Position numbers and translations under genes: made by a program | NCBI GenBank assembly: GCA_004431415.1 | Contig: QPMI01000054.1 | Location: 124,001-188,000, forward strand | DNA: 64,000 nucleotides | From: Cyanophora paradoxa CCMP329 | Lineage: Eukaryota; Plantae; Glaucophyta | Direction of reading: 5' to 3' | Part shown: positions 16,801 through 29,500 of the stretch, piece by piece | How the letters are laid out: each line of letters begins with the position of its first letter | Position numbering within the stretch: position 1 is the stretch's first letter | Notes under the pieces: model-generated | The model's database searches: none | What the model saw: only the letters and a program-made list of their open reading frames with translations | Told to the model about the DNA's origin: nothing

Positions 16801-19800
16801 ACGTCGCGAACACGAGGGCTCGGTCTCGGGTCCTCGCCCCATCTCTCGCCCCAGGCCACACACAGCGCCAGTACCAGCGTACACTGATGTACGTCCGCCA
16901 AGGGACCCGGACCTCCTCCAGGGAATCCCGCGCCGCGGCTCTACGTGCACGCGTACACTGCAGCCCTCATGATTACGCCGTAGCGCGTGCTTGACGGCCT
17001 GGCGTATACGTATGCTTCACGAGCTCCAACCTTGCACGCTCCCACCGACAGTCGCGAAGGGCCGCTCGCCCGCGATCATGATCAGCTGAGGCGTTGAGCT
17101 CGGCAACTCGCACGTCGGCCTCGTGATCCAACCGCAAGGGTGCAGCTGCTGAGCTGTGCACCCTGTGGTCCCAGCGATCAGAACCGGGAGCCGCGCGGAT
17201 TGGACCCTGCACTGCAAGCTGCGCGACCTCGACAGGAGCGCCAAAGCAGTCACGGGATCGTCGAAGCATTTCTACTCTTCGATGATGTGCGGCTCAAGGG
17301 CTCGTACCTTTATCGCGTGCACCTGGTCGCGAGCTCGAGCTCGAGACGCACGTGCAAGTGCATACAAGGTCGCCGCTCACATCAACGTCGACTGCACGCT
17401 TCATAAATCCACATCAGCTGCGCCAACGCCGTCTGAGCTCGGATTCAAATATTCCGCTCGACGCTGTTGCAAACTGCAGCCGGCTGTGGATCGGAAGCCT
17501 GTGCAGTCGCGAATCCCGTCTTCGTGACGTGCGAAATGGACCTCCTACGGGCCTCAGCAGACCCTACTCCCAACCAAACGCCCCGAACCAAATCTATACC
17601 TTGCCCCATACGTCGGCGCCGAGGGTTCCTGTGTGGGACGCCGAGGGCGACGCTAGAGATGAGATGAGAGTCGACGGCAGATTTCTTTGCCAGCTTTGCC
17701 TCAGCCTTGGCTTTCGAGACGGGACGTGGATTGGCTGGTGGCCAATCACGGGGCGTCGTCTGGGCCTTTCGTTCCATTTTCTGGGATCTGGGCCCGTCGC
17801 TCGTGGAGAGTGGCTGGGTGTAGGCCTCCCGGGTGCCTGCGGGTCCGTGAGGGGCTCGAGGTTGCTGGCTGGGGGTGCACTCAGTCGTGCCCTATCCTTT
17901 CGTTGGGCCTGATGGGCGGCCCGAATACCTCCTCGCTGGTTTCTTCCCGAGGCGGTGAAACTTCCCATCCGTGCCACTCTCCAGCGGCCCTCGCCGTTTG
18001 GGGTGAGTTTGGGCCAGCGTTTACACCTTCCGAGTTTTTATGCTTTTCCCTTTCGAGCTTTCCCGCATGCACGCATTTGCCTCACCTGCCATGCCTTGCA
18101 TACGACCTGGACGGGATCGATCTACAGCTACCTGGCCTTCTACCTGGCCTGCAGCTGTCTGCATTCCTGTCCTCGGGCTGTGGCTCAGGTTCCTCGTCTT
18201 GGGGCCTGTCGGTGCCCTCGAGCGGTGCACCCATCGGCGGAGTTGGGGACGCCCCCCTGCGGTTATGCCGACGAGAGTCACGGTTTGACTGGCTACGTCG
18301 CGCGGACGCGACGTCAGCGGAAGAGGAGTTGTCGCCTGGCTCGATTCCCAGGCCTTGCGGTGACTTAGTGACTAGAGCTAGTTGGTGCCTGACGTAGCTA
18401 TAGTCTGAGAGCCCTGGCATAGTCTCTCTTCCTGTAGGCTTACCTCTCGGTAGCCTACGCTGGCCTGCCTCTACCTGTCTTAGGGGTACAGAGCCAGTAG
18501 TCTTCCGGGTACACAGTGAATACACCAGCCTGCATCTACAGCTGCTCCAGCACTGGGAGCCGGCCCCGCGCAGTACTGCGCGGGTGCCTAATCGGGTGGG
18601 AATCCTTCCATCCGACAAGATTGAGGGCGCCCGCGTGCACAATCTTCGCGCCGGACGTTTCCCGGGCCCTCTAGATCTGTGCATGCGAATCACTTCGCGT
18701 CGCCACGAAAATTTTGCAGCACCAGAGTGCGGCAATTTAATTTCGCGCCCACGTGTGCGTGGCCATGCCCAGTGGCCCGGCCCTTGCACGGCCCTTCGGC
18801 CAAGCATATGCATCATCCTCAGCCTCAGACCAGCCGCTGAGCCTCACGGCTCTTGCGACTCACCAAGTCCGACGGTCGACCCCGATCTCGCGATTCCGCC
18901 CCGACGCCGCGCGCGGCTCGGAACCGAGATGTAGGCTACGCGTACGCGGCCCGCTCGAGAAGGCCAGACCGTCGGACCGCGCACGCACGGCCGATTTCGT
19001 ACCTCTCGGCTCGCGAAATTTCGCGAGGGCCCAGCATGGCGAAAGTCGTCGATTTTCGCTGGCGACCCGCCGGCCGGGCTCTCGTCCCGAGCAGCGGCGC
19101 GGATTTTCTCAAATTCCGCCCCGCAACCCGGACCATCGGACGTTCGCGCATCCCAAGTCACGCGGGCCCGGCTGCATGCAGCTGGCGCTCCTGCGAGCGA
19201 ACGAGTTCGACATAGCTGTCAAATTCGTTTCGCGCTGGGCGGTGGCGACCCGGGATCTTATTCCCGGCAGTGGCGCACCCACCGTCACCAGCTTCATTCA
19301 CTGAGGCCGCTCCCATAAATCTGGGTGCTGGCGCCCCGGCGCCTGGCCTAAAAACCGCGAAAAGCGGCAACACGGGCCAACAGACACGAGCATACACAGC
19401 CGAGCGCTATATATGCAAAATCGTGTTTCGGAAGCTCGGCCCAGGCCTTGAGCTGATCGACGACCGCTCGAGACTCGAAGCTCCGAGGCTCGATGCCCTC
19501 GTGCTCGATGCAATGCGCTTGGCTCGGCACAACCGTGGCCAGCCGTCGCAATTGCTCAGTTGCCCACAGCTCGCTTCAAATCGAGGCCAACATCCATTCA
19601 ACCTCGCTCTGGCCCCGCGGCTCACGCTTGCCCCTCGAGCTCGATTGAGCCCGAATCGAGAGCAAAGCGGCCCGGGACGCCATGGAATACAACGAAAGAG
19701 AGACGGTTACGGTCGTGCATGATCACGCCTCGCCGTGCTTTCTGCCCGCACTCGCGAATTTCTTCACCACGGCCATGCTGTCCTGATCCAATCACGGATC

Positions 19801-22800
19801 CCAGCGGCCTCAGCGTGCAAAAATTTCGCGGAAGACGGTGGAGCACCGGGGACGGTGCTTAACCGAAGAGGGAGTGGCATCAGGAGCAGCTCGCCGTGCT
19901 ACGGCTTCCGCTCTTCAGCGGAAGAGGAGTACGTGCACATGCACTCGAGCCGAAGGCCGCGCGCCTCTTGGCCCGACGCTGGAGCGCCTCTCCGATCGGC
20001 GCATTCCTACCACGCCCCGACTTACCCTCTTCAGCGGAAGAGGAGTCGGGATCAGACTCGAGCATGCAGTTGACGTCGCGCCTAGACCTGCTGCGGAGCA
20101 GTTCGCCCAGCGCGCGCTGCCGTCTGCAGGCTGATCGAGCACAAGCAATCGAACCTAGCCAACCGCCTTGAGGTCTCCTCACACGGCGGCTCGCCGGGAT
20201 CCAGGTCTCGCCGTTGGCGAACCACATTCCGCCTCGGAAACCCATCGGTGGCGATGCTACTGGGGCTGATGGCCATCAGGCCCTGTTGTTACGTGCACAG
20301 CCAGTGACCGTGTCCGGAACGGACTGGCAAGTGCTGTTTCGACAGAGCTTGAGAGCCCAGCTACGGCCAGTGCACTCGCTCGCACTACTCACCGATGCGG
20401 CCTCCTAAGGATCGGAATCGGATCTCAGCAGCCGACTGCACGCCGTGTTGCGGTCTGGCTACGCACAGAACACGAATTCGGATCCCCGATCAAGAGATCT
20501 GAATCTCTGAAGGATTCGCCGTTCATCAGCTTCGCCTGATCGCCTGGTATTGGGATGCGATCGAAACGAGCCCACGGCGAAGGCTGGCGAATCGGTCGCA
20601 AATCCGAGGGTCTCAGCACCGCGAATATGCAGTCTCGCGGATCGCTGCAGAACCCCTTCCCGTGATCATGACCCGCCAAGCTCGCCAACGAGCCTGGCTG
20701 CGGCCGGATCCCAGGAAGACCAGGCCGAGGGAACGGCTGATGGGATTCGCGGCCAGCACGCGCGCCTTCGATTGACGGCCGCGTCTAGCTGGAGCGTCGA
20801 CACCTGGCCTCATCGCCAGCAGCTGAGCGCTGCGATGTCACGCACGTCGCGAACACGAGGGCTCGGTCTCGGGTCCTCGCCCCATCTCTCGCCCCAGGCC
20901 ACACACAGCGCCAGTACCAGCGTACACTGATGTACGTCCGCCAAGGGACCCGGACCTCCTCCAGGAATCCCGCGCCGCGGCTCTACGTGCACGCGTACAC
21001 TGCAGCCCTCATGATTACGCCGTAGCGCGTGCTTGACGGCCTGGCGTATACGTATGCTTCACGAGCTCCAACCTTGCACGCTCCCACCGACAGTCGCGAA
21101 GGCCGCTCGCCCGCGATCATGATCAGCTGAGGCGTTGAGCTCGGCAACTCGCACGTCGGCCTCGTGATCCAACCGCAAGGGTGCAGCTGCTGAGCTGTGC
21201 ACCCTGTGGTCCCAGCGATCAGAACCGGGAGCCGCGCGGATTGGACCCTGCACTGCAAGCTGCGCGACCTCGACAGGAGCGCCAAAGCAGTCACGGGATC
21301 GTCGAAGCATTTCTACTCTTCGATGATGTGCGGCTCAAGGGCTCGTACCTTTATCGCGTGCACCTGGTCGCGAGCTCGAGCTCGAGACGCACGTGCAAGT
21401 GCATACAAGGTCGCCGCTCACATCAACGTCGACTGCACGCTTCATAAATCCACATCAGCTGCGCCAACGCCGTCTGAGCTCGGATTCAAATATTCCGCTC
21501 GACGCTGTTGCAAACTGCAGCCGGCTGTGGATCGGAAGCCTGTGCAGTCGCGAATCCCGTCTTCGTGACGTGCGAAATGGACCTCCTACGGGCCTCAGCA
21601 GACCCTACTCCCAACCAAACGCCCCGAACCAAATCTATACCTTGCCCCATACGTCGGCGCCGAGGGTTCCTGTGTGGGACGCCGAGGGCGACGCTAGAGA
21701 TGAGATGAGAGTCGACGGCAGATTTCTTTGCCAGCTTTGCCTCAGCCTTGGCTTTCGAGACGGGACGTGGATTGGCTGGTGGCCAATCACGGGGCGTCGT
21801 CTGGGCCTTTCGTTCCATTTTCTGGGATCTGGGCCCGTCGCTCGTGGAGAGTGGCTGGGTGTAGGCCTCCCGGGTGCCTGCGGGTCCGTGAGGGGCTCGA
21901 GGTTGCTGGCTGGGGGTGCACTCAGTCGTGCCCTATCCTTTCGTTGGGCCTGATGGGCGGCCCGAATACCTCCTCGCTGGTTTCTTCCCGAGGCGGTGAA
22001 ACTTCCCATCCGTGCCACTCTCCAGCGGCCCTCGCCGTTTGGGGTGAGTTTGGGCCAGCGTTTACACCTTCCGAGTTTTTATGCTTTTCCCTTTCGAGCT
22101 TTCCCGCATGCACGCATTTGCCTCACCTGCCATGCCTTGCATACGACCTGGACGGGATCGATCTACAGCTACCTGGCCTTCTACCTGGCCTGCAGCTGTC
22201 TGCATTCCTGTCCTCGGGCTGTGGCTCAGGTTCCTCGTCTTGGGGCCTGTCGGTGCCCTCGAGCGGTGCACCCATCGGCGGAGTTGGGGACGCCCCCCTG
22301 CGGTTATGCCGACGAGAGTCACGGTTTGACTGGCTACGTCGCGCGGACGCGACGTCAGCGGAAGAGGAGTTGTCGCCTGGCTCGATTCCCAGGCCTTGCG
22401 GTGACTTAGTGACTAGAGCTAGTTGGTGCCTGACGTAGCTATAGTCTGAGAGCCCTGGCATAGTCTCTCTTCCTGTAGGCTTACCTCTCGGTAGCCTACG
22501 CTGGCCTGCCTCTACCTGTCTTAGGGGTACAGAGCCAGTAGTCTTCCGGGTACACAGTGAATACACCAGCCTGCATCTACAGCTGCTCCAGCACTGGGAG
22601 CCGGCCCCGCGCAGTACTGCGCGGGTGCCTAATCGGGTGGGAATCCTTCCATCCGACACTCAGCTCCCCCGCTGGGACTGACCTCGTGCATGCACGCCGG
22701 CAGGGCGGGGTGGCGTACCTGCTGAGCGGGGCGGGCTCGGAGACGCGGCGGGACCTCGACGCCAACTACCGCGCCGCCGAGGCCGCCCTCCGCTTCGCCT

Positions 22801-23055
22801 CCGACGAGAGGCCCGCCCGCCCCGCGCCCCGCCCCGCCGCCTTTCGAAGTTCGAGCTCGAGCCTTGACTGTCTGACGCTCGACCCGCAGCGGGTTCCTGC
22901 TGGTGACGCTCCCGGCGGGGGGCGAGCGCGGTGGCGAGGGCGCGGGGCCCCTTCGCGCCGAGTTCTTCCGCTACGACGGGGCGCCCCTCCACGCCGCCGA
23001 CGTCCCCCGCCGGCCTATAGCTACCCCTACCTCTCCAGCCGCCGCCGCCGCCTAA
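4859..23055 (+). CDS. Purple acid phosphatase (ACP5/TRAP-like metallophosphoesterase) with an N-terminal membrane anchor, interrupted by a 16.2-kb retroelement in intron ~6386-22703
   Basis: All five metal-ligand motifs are present after splicing: FAVIGDWG, TTGDNIY, LGNHDY, VVGHYP, LAGHDH. Hydrophobic segment VVVVGGCAAGIFAFFAFFILL. The frame resumes at 22704 (GGVAYLLSGAGS...ESGFLLVTL...AEFFRYDG) and stops at TAA 23053-23055. Confidence 0.9.
6441..6728 (+). repeat. LTR1 (288 bp)
   Basis: TG...CA ends with a 5-bp terminal inverted repeat; identical by eye to 18330-18617 and 22371-22658. Confidence 0.95.
7608..7897. repeat. Cluster of short direct repeats inside the element
   Basis: CGAGGGTACTAT(C/T)CCCGGTCGG at 7608 and 7668; GAGAACTGAGGCCGCGCGCCCGAGTTCCTTCCGG at 7767 and 7816; GAAGAGCGATCGGATCGA at 7751 and 7857. 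Confidence 0.8.
18314..18329 (+). promoter_or_regulatory. Polypurine tract (plus-strand primer site) of the retroelement; second copy at 22355-22370
   Basis: TCAGCGGAAGAGGAGT directly abuts the TG of LTR2 and LTR3. Confidence 0.75.
18330..18617 (+). repeat. LTR2 (internal, shared LTR)
   Basis: Identical 288-bp copy, preceded by the PPT. Confidence 0.95.
22371..22658 (+). repeat. LTR3
   Basis: Identical 288-bp copy, followed by the TSD CTCAG. Confidence 0.95.
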
Positions 23056-23286
23056 AACCAGCGCTAGCCGCTAGCCGCTAGCCGCAAGACTCGAGCCTCG
23101 AGTCTCGGCTGGGAGAGTCCCTCGGCGCGCGCGTACAATTTTCGCGCTCGCGGGGACCATCAATATCACGATCATCTAAATCGATCGTGCACGTGGCATC
23201 GGGACCATCGATATCATCCACATGTATTATAGTGATCGACTAGATCGAGTCGAATCTCCGTAGTGTATTCAAAGCTAAGAGAACGT

Positions 23287-25862
23287 TCAGGACCTGTTGC
23301 GCGGCGGGGCCTTCGGGACGAGTGCCGAGCCGGGCTCGCCGGCCCTCGGGGTCGAGGCGGCGTCGGTGGCGGGTGCGGGGCGGGCGGCGCCGGAGGGGCC
23401 GCGGGCGGGGACGAGGGCGAGGGCGGAGAGGACGAAGTAGAGCGCGAGGAGGCCGAAGGCCAGCGCGTAGGCCTGCCCCGGGGGCGCCCCCTGCGCGAGG
23501 AAGCTTCAGCCCGGGCCGGGCCTTCTGAGACGATCCGGAGGGGCGCACGCGGGAGCGGAGGGCGTGGAGGAGGGCGCCCGTGGCGAGCGGGGCCAGCACC
23601 TGCGGCAGCACGCAGCCGACGCTGAAGAAGATGTTCTGCGGTGAAACTGAGCATTCAGGAGGGGGTACGGCGAATTTTAGGGGGGTGCGGCACCATGTCC
23701 TTGGCGGCGGCGCGGCCGGAGCCCGAGGGGCACGAGGCGACGGCGAGCGCCCACGAGACGCTCAGGTACAGGCCGTACCTGTTTGCAGGAAAGCTCAGGG
23801 GAGGGAAGGGCGGGAAAGGGCCCCGGCGGGGATCGAACCCGAGGCCGAAGAGGACGCCAGCGGCGGCGGCGGGGGCGAGGCGGGGGAGGAGGCGGGCGAG
23901 GAGGGCGAGGGCGAGGGCGGCGGCGCCGAGGGCGGCGCTGGCGAGGTACAGCAGCGGCTTGTGCGGCGCCCTCGCCCCCGAAGGCGGCGCCGGCAGCAGG
24001 CCCGCGCCCGCCGCCCCGTCCCGCGGGAGGCCGGCGCGGGCCCCGGGGGCCGGGGCGGGCGGGGCGGGGCCTCGGGGTCGCCGGGGGCGGGCCGGCGGGC
24101 GCGGTCGGCGAGGACGCCGCCGAGGAAGCCGCTGGGGGCCGACACGAGGACGACCAGGCCGACAGACGCCGCGCTCCACTGCTCCGCGCTCCCCATCTGA
24201 GGCTCCGCGTCGGGGGGGCGGGCGCAGCTTGAGCTTAGGCTCGTAACTGTTCTATAATCTATGCTTTGGCAACTGTAGTTCAATAAGCGCGGAGCGGGGC
24301 GCACGAGGAGGACGTCGGAGAAGAAGAACTGGAGGTAGGGCAGCATGCCGCACACCCCCATGTCGAACCTGCCGGCGAGGGGGCGGCCGGCGGCGCCTCG
24401 TCGGGGAGGGCCGGGCGCGGCGCCGAGGCTCCGGGGGCGGGGCGCACCAGAAGCGGGAGTGGGTCACGTGGAGGAGCTCGCGGTACTCGGGGCCCGACAC
24501 GTCGAACGAGCGCAGGATCTGGGGTACGCCCGCCTCAGGGCCGGGGGTACGGGCGGTTCACGAGCGGGGGGGTACGGGCCTCGGCGAAGGTGACGCGGAC
24601 GCCGTCGTCGGGGTGCGGCTTCTCGTCGACGAGGAAGAGGGTGGGGAGGGCGAAGGCGCTGCGCGGGGTTGAGGAATCAGAGGGGGACGTGGGTGCGGGA
24701 AGGGGTACGCCACACCAGAGGAGAATGACGACGGACAGGTACGCGAGGAAGTAGGACCCGGGGCGGGTACAGACGCCGGCGACTGGAGGGGAGGGAGGGG
24801 TACTCAGACTCCGCACGAGGAGAGGTGGCAGGGCGAGGGTGGGGGGTACCGGCGCCACCGGCGAGGGCCCCGAGGACGACCGTGACGGTCATGAAGGAAG
24901 ATGCTGTACCCTGGGGGAGGAAAAGAGCGTGGGCCGGGGTAGCGGGGCGCGGCTGCGATACGAGCGGAGGGATACCTGCTTCGCGTCATCGACGACGTCG
25001 GGCATCAGGGCGAGGTAGGGCCCGTTGGCGACTGCGGGGAGGGTGGTACACGATCAGCGAGGGCGCGACGGGGCGGGACGGGGCGGGGCGGGTCGGGGCG
25101 GGGCGGGGCGGGGCGGGGCGCGCCGGTCGCCCCGAAGGACCAGAGGAGGGAGGCGGCGAAGAAGACCTCGAAGGAGGAGCCGGGGCCGAAGGTCGAGGCC
25201 CAGAGGAGGAAGGCCGCCGCCGCCAGCGCCCCGCCCGCCATCTGCACCGGCCGCGCGCGCGCGTCTGAGCGGCGGCGCGGCCGCGCGGGGCGAGGCGAGT
25301 GGGGCGGACGAAGGGCCGGCGGCGCCCGAAGCTGCGCGGCGGCGGGGCGCGCGGGGTCAGATCGAGCGGCGGGCGAGGCGCGAGGGAGCGCGGGCGCGTG
25401 CGAACCGGGAGGTGCAGTGGTCGCTGTAGGCGCCGACGATGGGCGAGAGGAGGAAGCTGACGAGGGAGGCGGCCGCGGCGAGGACGCCAAGCAGCAGGTC
25501 CTTCCGCTCCGGCCCCACGATCGAAAGCACCTGGCTCGGCTGCCGCGAGGAAGGCCGTCGGCGCCGGCCGTCGCACGCACGCGCAGCGCTCGAATTCGAA
25601 TTCGGAGCGCGCGCACCCAAATGACCGAAGCGCTGGAGGAGAGGGCCGCCGCGAAACCGAACCAGAAGGAGGAGAGTGCCGCGAAGAACGCGTTCGAGTT
25701 GGGCCGAGGCCGGGCGGCCGAGAGGCACGACGCGCCGGCTGCCGCGGTCGCCGGCACGTACGAGTTGGGCGCCTTGCCGCGGCCGTCCGTCAACAGCGGC
25801 GAGATCGCCGCCTCCGGGGCACGCGAGCGAGCGCTGGAAGCCGGCTGGCGCGTCGGCTGCAT
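23287..25862 (-). CDS. Major facilitator superfamily transporter (sucrose/GPH-like MFS_1); start codon uncertain
   Basis: Spliced segments include [23 protein letters not shown] (MFS motif A variant), GFLGGVLADR in the second half, and many hydrophobic helices (e.g. YFLAYLSVVILLWCG, AYALAFGLLALYFVLSALAL). Stop TGA at 23287-23289. Confidence 0.8.
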
Positions 25863-26536
25863 GTCCGCGGCGGCCGGGGCCGGTCCTCGAGTTCGAACGT
25901 TAACCGTGCAGTCGGCGGGAGGCGAGCGCTCTCAGCTGTGGCTGCCGGAATGAGCTCTCCGGATCGCTTGCTGGCTGGGCAAGCGACGACGTCGACGGCG
26001 AGATGGTACGGTATCCCGCGCTCGAGTTCCGCGTATACGTACCGCAACCTCGACGTCGACGCACTCGAAGATGCGATTCCCGTCCGAATCTTCGGGCACC
26101 CGCAGCTGGGCGCGTTGCGGCCATGTGTGCGTGCGGTGGAGCTGTCTCTGAAGGCCGCATCGAGCCGCTTAGCAGTGCTGGTCGACGACGACCAGCGGCG
26201 CGGGAACCAGGCGGGGGTACGGCCACGGTGGGGCGACCATTCGCCTGTAACTGCCCGGCCATGAGCCAAGGCTAGGACCGGACCGGTCTTGGGAGCGTTT
26301 GAACGCTTGATTGGGCGCTCTGGACGAATGCCCGGCTGGCTCGAATCAAAATCACTGCCGCAGTGCGCTCGCTCATAGCGCCCGCAGACGCTCGAGCTCC
26401 GTGGCCGAGGCTCTCCGCGCCGCCGCGCCGCCGCGCTTCAGTCGACGAGATTATGTGATCAGATATCGATTACATTACAGTCGGGCGGACGAGAGGAGGG
26501 ATGGGGAAGGCGGCAGGGGGGCCGGCGGGGCGGCGG

Positions 26537-29500
26537 CTAGAGGTCGAGGGCGTCGAAGAAGCCGGAGCGGACGAGGGGCGCCCCGGGGCCCTCCTCGCCC
26601 TCCTCCTCCTCGGGCTCCTCGGGCGGGGCGGGGGCGGGGGCCTGGCGCCGGCCGCGGCTGGAGCGGAGCCAGGCGACCTCGAGCTCGTCGAAGGCGGAGC
26701 GCATGTCCACGCGGTCCGGCGGCCCCGCAAAGAGCGCGCACACGGGGTCCGTCCCCAGGTCCGCCAGCCGCAGCGTCGGCCGCACCAGCAGCAGCTTCTC
26801 CATCACCGCCCCCTTCTGCTGCGTCACCACGAACGGGTCCTCCTCCCCGGGCGCCCCCGGCGGGATCCAGGGCGGCCTGTACCCCGGCAGCTGCCGCTTG
26901 AACTCCTCGGTGTCGGGGGTGGGGAGGAGCTCGGGGACGGGCAGGAGGACGGGGCCGCGGGGCACGGGGGTGGCCGGGGTGCGCGGGGGCGGCGGGGGCA
27001 TGGAGCCGGAGGGCGGGCGCGAGCCGGGGCCCAGCAGCGGGGCGGCCGACTCGTCGTCGCCCGCGGGGGAAGGCCCGGGGCGGGGCCGGGCGGCTCGTCG
27101 GCGGGGGCTGCGGGGGCGGCGAGGGGAGGGCGCGGTCGGCGTCGGAGGCGGCGGCGGAGGAGGCGGAGGCGAGGCGGATGTGGTGCTCGGCGGAGGGCGC
27201 GGGGGCGCCCCAGGGTCGGGACATGGGCGGGGACATCCGGAGCATCGCGGCCGGCGACTCGGAGCGGGAGGAAGGGATGGCGCGCAGCGAGGAAGAGCTG
27301 GCCCGGCCGAGGGCGGGCGGGGGCGCGGGCGGGGCGGCCCGGCGGGGGCAGCGCCTCGCGGACGGGGATGGAGGAGGCGGCGGAGGAGGCGGAGGCGGGG
27401 GAGGGCGGGGGCGGGGCGGCGCGCTCGTCGGCGTCGAGCGGGGGCGGGGGCCGGCGGGGGCGGAGGCGCGGCGCTCGGGGTGGCGGGGGCGAAGGGAGCG
27501 CGTCGGCGTCGTCGGCGGCGTCCGAGCCGGAGCCGAAGCCGGCGTCGCCCCAGCCCGGCCCCGGCGCCAGCGACTCCCGCGTCACCCGCGGCAGCAGCGC
27601 CGAGGCCGCCGCCTGCTGCGGCGCCTCCGGCGGCGCCGGCGCCGCCGAGCGCGCCGCCTGCGCCTCCTTCAGCGCCGACAGCTGCGGCGAGCGTCAGGCG
27701 GGGGGCGCGCGGGCCCAAGGGGGGCACGGCGGCACCTGCTCCATAAAGCGGCGCTCGGCGGCGATGACCGACTGGCGGAAGCGCGCGCGCTGCTCCTGGA
27801 GCCACTGCGGCGAACGGCCGTTCGTTCCGGGGTACGGGGAGCGGGGCGGGGGGTACGGCGGACCTGGACGGAGGGCCCGCCGGCGGCGGCGTCGGGGTCG
27901 GCGGGGGCGTCCGCGACGACCGCGGCGAGGCCGACCGGCGGCTGCGCGTGCGGCTGCGGCCGGCGTGAGCGGCGGCGGGGCGCGAGGGTCGGGAGGGGGG
28001 ACCTTGAGGGGGGAGGCCTGGAGGCTGCTGGAGGGGGTGCGGGAGGCGGGGGAGGCCGGCTCGACGGGGGACGCGGCCTCCTCTCCGGTCAGAAGGCGGA
28101 GGGGCCGGACCCAGGCCGAGGGCCCCGCCGGCCCCGAGGCGGCGGAGGGGCCCAGGGGGCCCGTCGAGGGCCGCAGCGCCGGCGAGATGAGCGGGGCCGC
28201 CTCGGGGGAGGCCCCCTCCGACTCGCTCGGCGCGCTCGCGCCCACGTCCGGCACCGCGCCCGCCCCGCCCTCCGGCCGCGTGCGCCAGCCCGGAAGCCGC
28301 CTCAGCGACTCGGGGTCGGCGCGGGGCCGCTGCCGGTCCAGGGGAGGGCGGGGAGCCGGGGCCTGCGCCGGGGCCTCGCGCGGGGCGGCGTGGGGGTCCC
28401 GGTGGAGGCGACGGAGGGGCGGCGGGGGGAGGGGGCGAGGACGACGGGGAGGGGCGCGAGGGCGGCGAGGCTGGGGACGGAGGCCGGCTCGGGCCCGCGG
28501 CCCTTGCTCGGGGGGCCCACGACGTGGAGCGCGCCGGCCCCGCCCGAGTCCGCCTCGTCGCTCTCCTCGGCCGCCTCGCTGCTGGTGCTGCCCCAGCGCG
28601 GCCGCCCCCCCGAAGCGAAGGAGGCGGAGGTGGAGGCCGGCAGCAGCCGCCCGGGGGAGCGCGGGGGCGCGGAGGGGGAGGAGAAGGAGGCGGAGGAGGG
28701 GAGGGGCCGCTCGGGGGTGCGGGGGTCGGGCCGGTCGCGCAGGATGGCGGCGAGGCGCTCGGCGAGGGACTCGGGGGCGCCGAAGGGGGAGCCCACGCGG
28801 GCCGGCTGCTGGGCCGCGGAGGAGTCCGGCGGCGTCATGGGCGCCCGCTCGAAGAGGCTCGCCGTGAGCAGCGTGCGGGGCTTGCGCGCCCGCCCGAAGG
28901 GCGACGACGAGGCCGACTCGGAGCCGGCGCCGCCCGGCCCGGGGGCCGGCCCCTGCTGAGATTGCTGCGGCGACTGCTGCGGCGGCTGCTGCTGCTGGGG
29001 GGAGAGGGCGGGGCGGGGGGCGCGGTCGGAGGCCGGGCGGTTGGCCCAGTGGGAGAGGATGGAGCGGAGCTCCTCCTCGAGGGCGGCGATCTTCGTCTTC
29101 TCCCGGTCCAGCTCCGCCCGCACCGCCGTCACGTCCAGAGAGTCCCCGGGCGACGGCGCCGGCGCCGGGGCGCCGGCCAGGGCGCCCCCGTGCCCGGGGG
29201 ACCCCGAGGAGGAGGGCGTCGTCTCCCCCGGCGAGGGCTCCGAGGGGAGCGGGAGCGGGAGCGGGCCCGGTGGCGTCTCCGTGTGCGGGGGCGCCGGCCC
29301 GGGGGCCGGCGCCGGGGCCGGCGGGAGGCTGCGGACGAAGGGGCCCCGGGCGGCGAGCGTGGAGCCCTGGGGCGGGGCGCTGGGGAGCGCCCAGACCTCG
29401 TTCCAGCGGCCGCCGTCGTTGCTGTACCGGCCGAGGTCCGGCGACGGCAGGCGCTTGGGGCTCCAGTCCTCCCAGCGCGCGCCGGGGCCGCCGGCGGACG

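Larger units (their letters stand above)
6441..22658 (+). mobile_element. Non-autonomous LTR retrotransposon with three LTRs (tandem of a 12.2-kb and a 4.3-kb unit sharing the middle LTR)
   Basis: TGTCG...CGACA termini, 5-bp TSD CTCAG (6436-6440 and 22659-22663), and a polypurine tract GCGGAAGAGGAGT immediately 5' of LTR2 and LTR3. No recognisable gag/pol ORF. Confidence 0.9.
14578..22658 (+). repeat. Near-perfect ~4.04-kb tandem duplication (14578-18617 and 18622-22658, separated by AGAT)
   Basis: The ORF track repeats at an offset of 4044 that falls to 4041. The only differences seen are three 1-bp homopolymer shortenings in copy 2. Confidence 0.95.

Noticed and set aside
16060-21105. Three 1-bp differences between the tandem copies as a measure of age
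   Set aside because: All three are homopolymer shortenings typical of long-read consensus error.
28300-28480. Apparent frameshift in the orphan gene (a similar one lies near 58890)
   Set aside because: It cannot be distinguished from an unrecognised intron or a homopolymer error, so I do not call a pseudogene or programmed frameshift.
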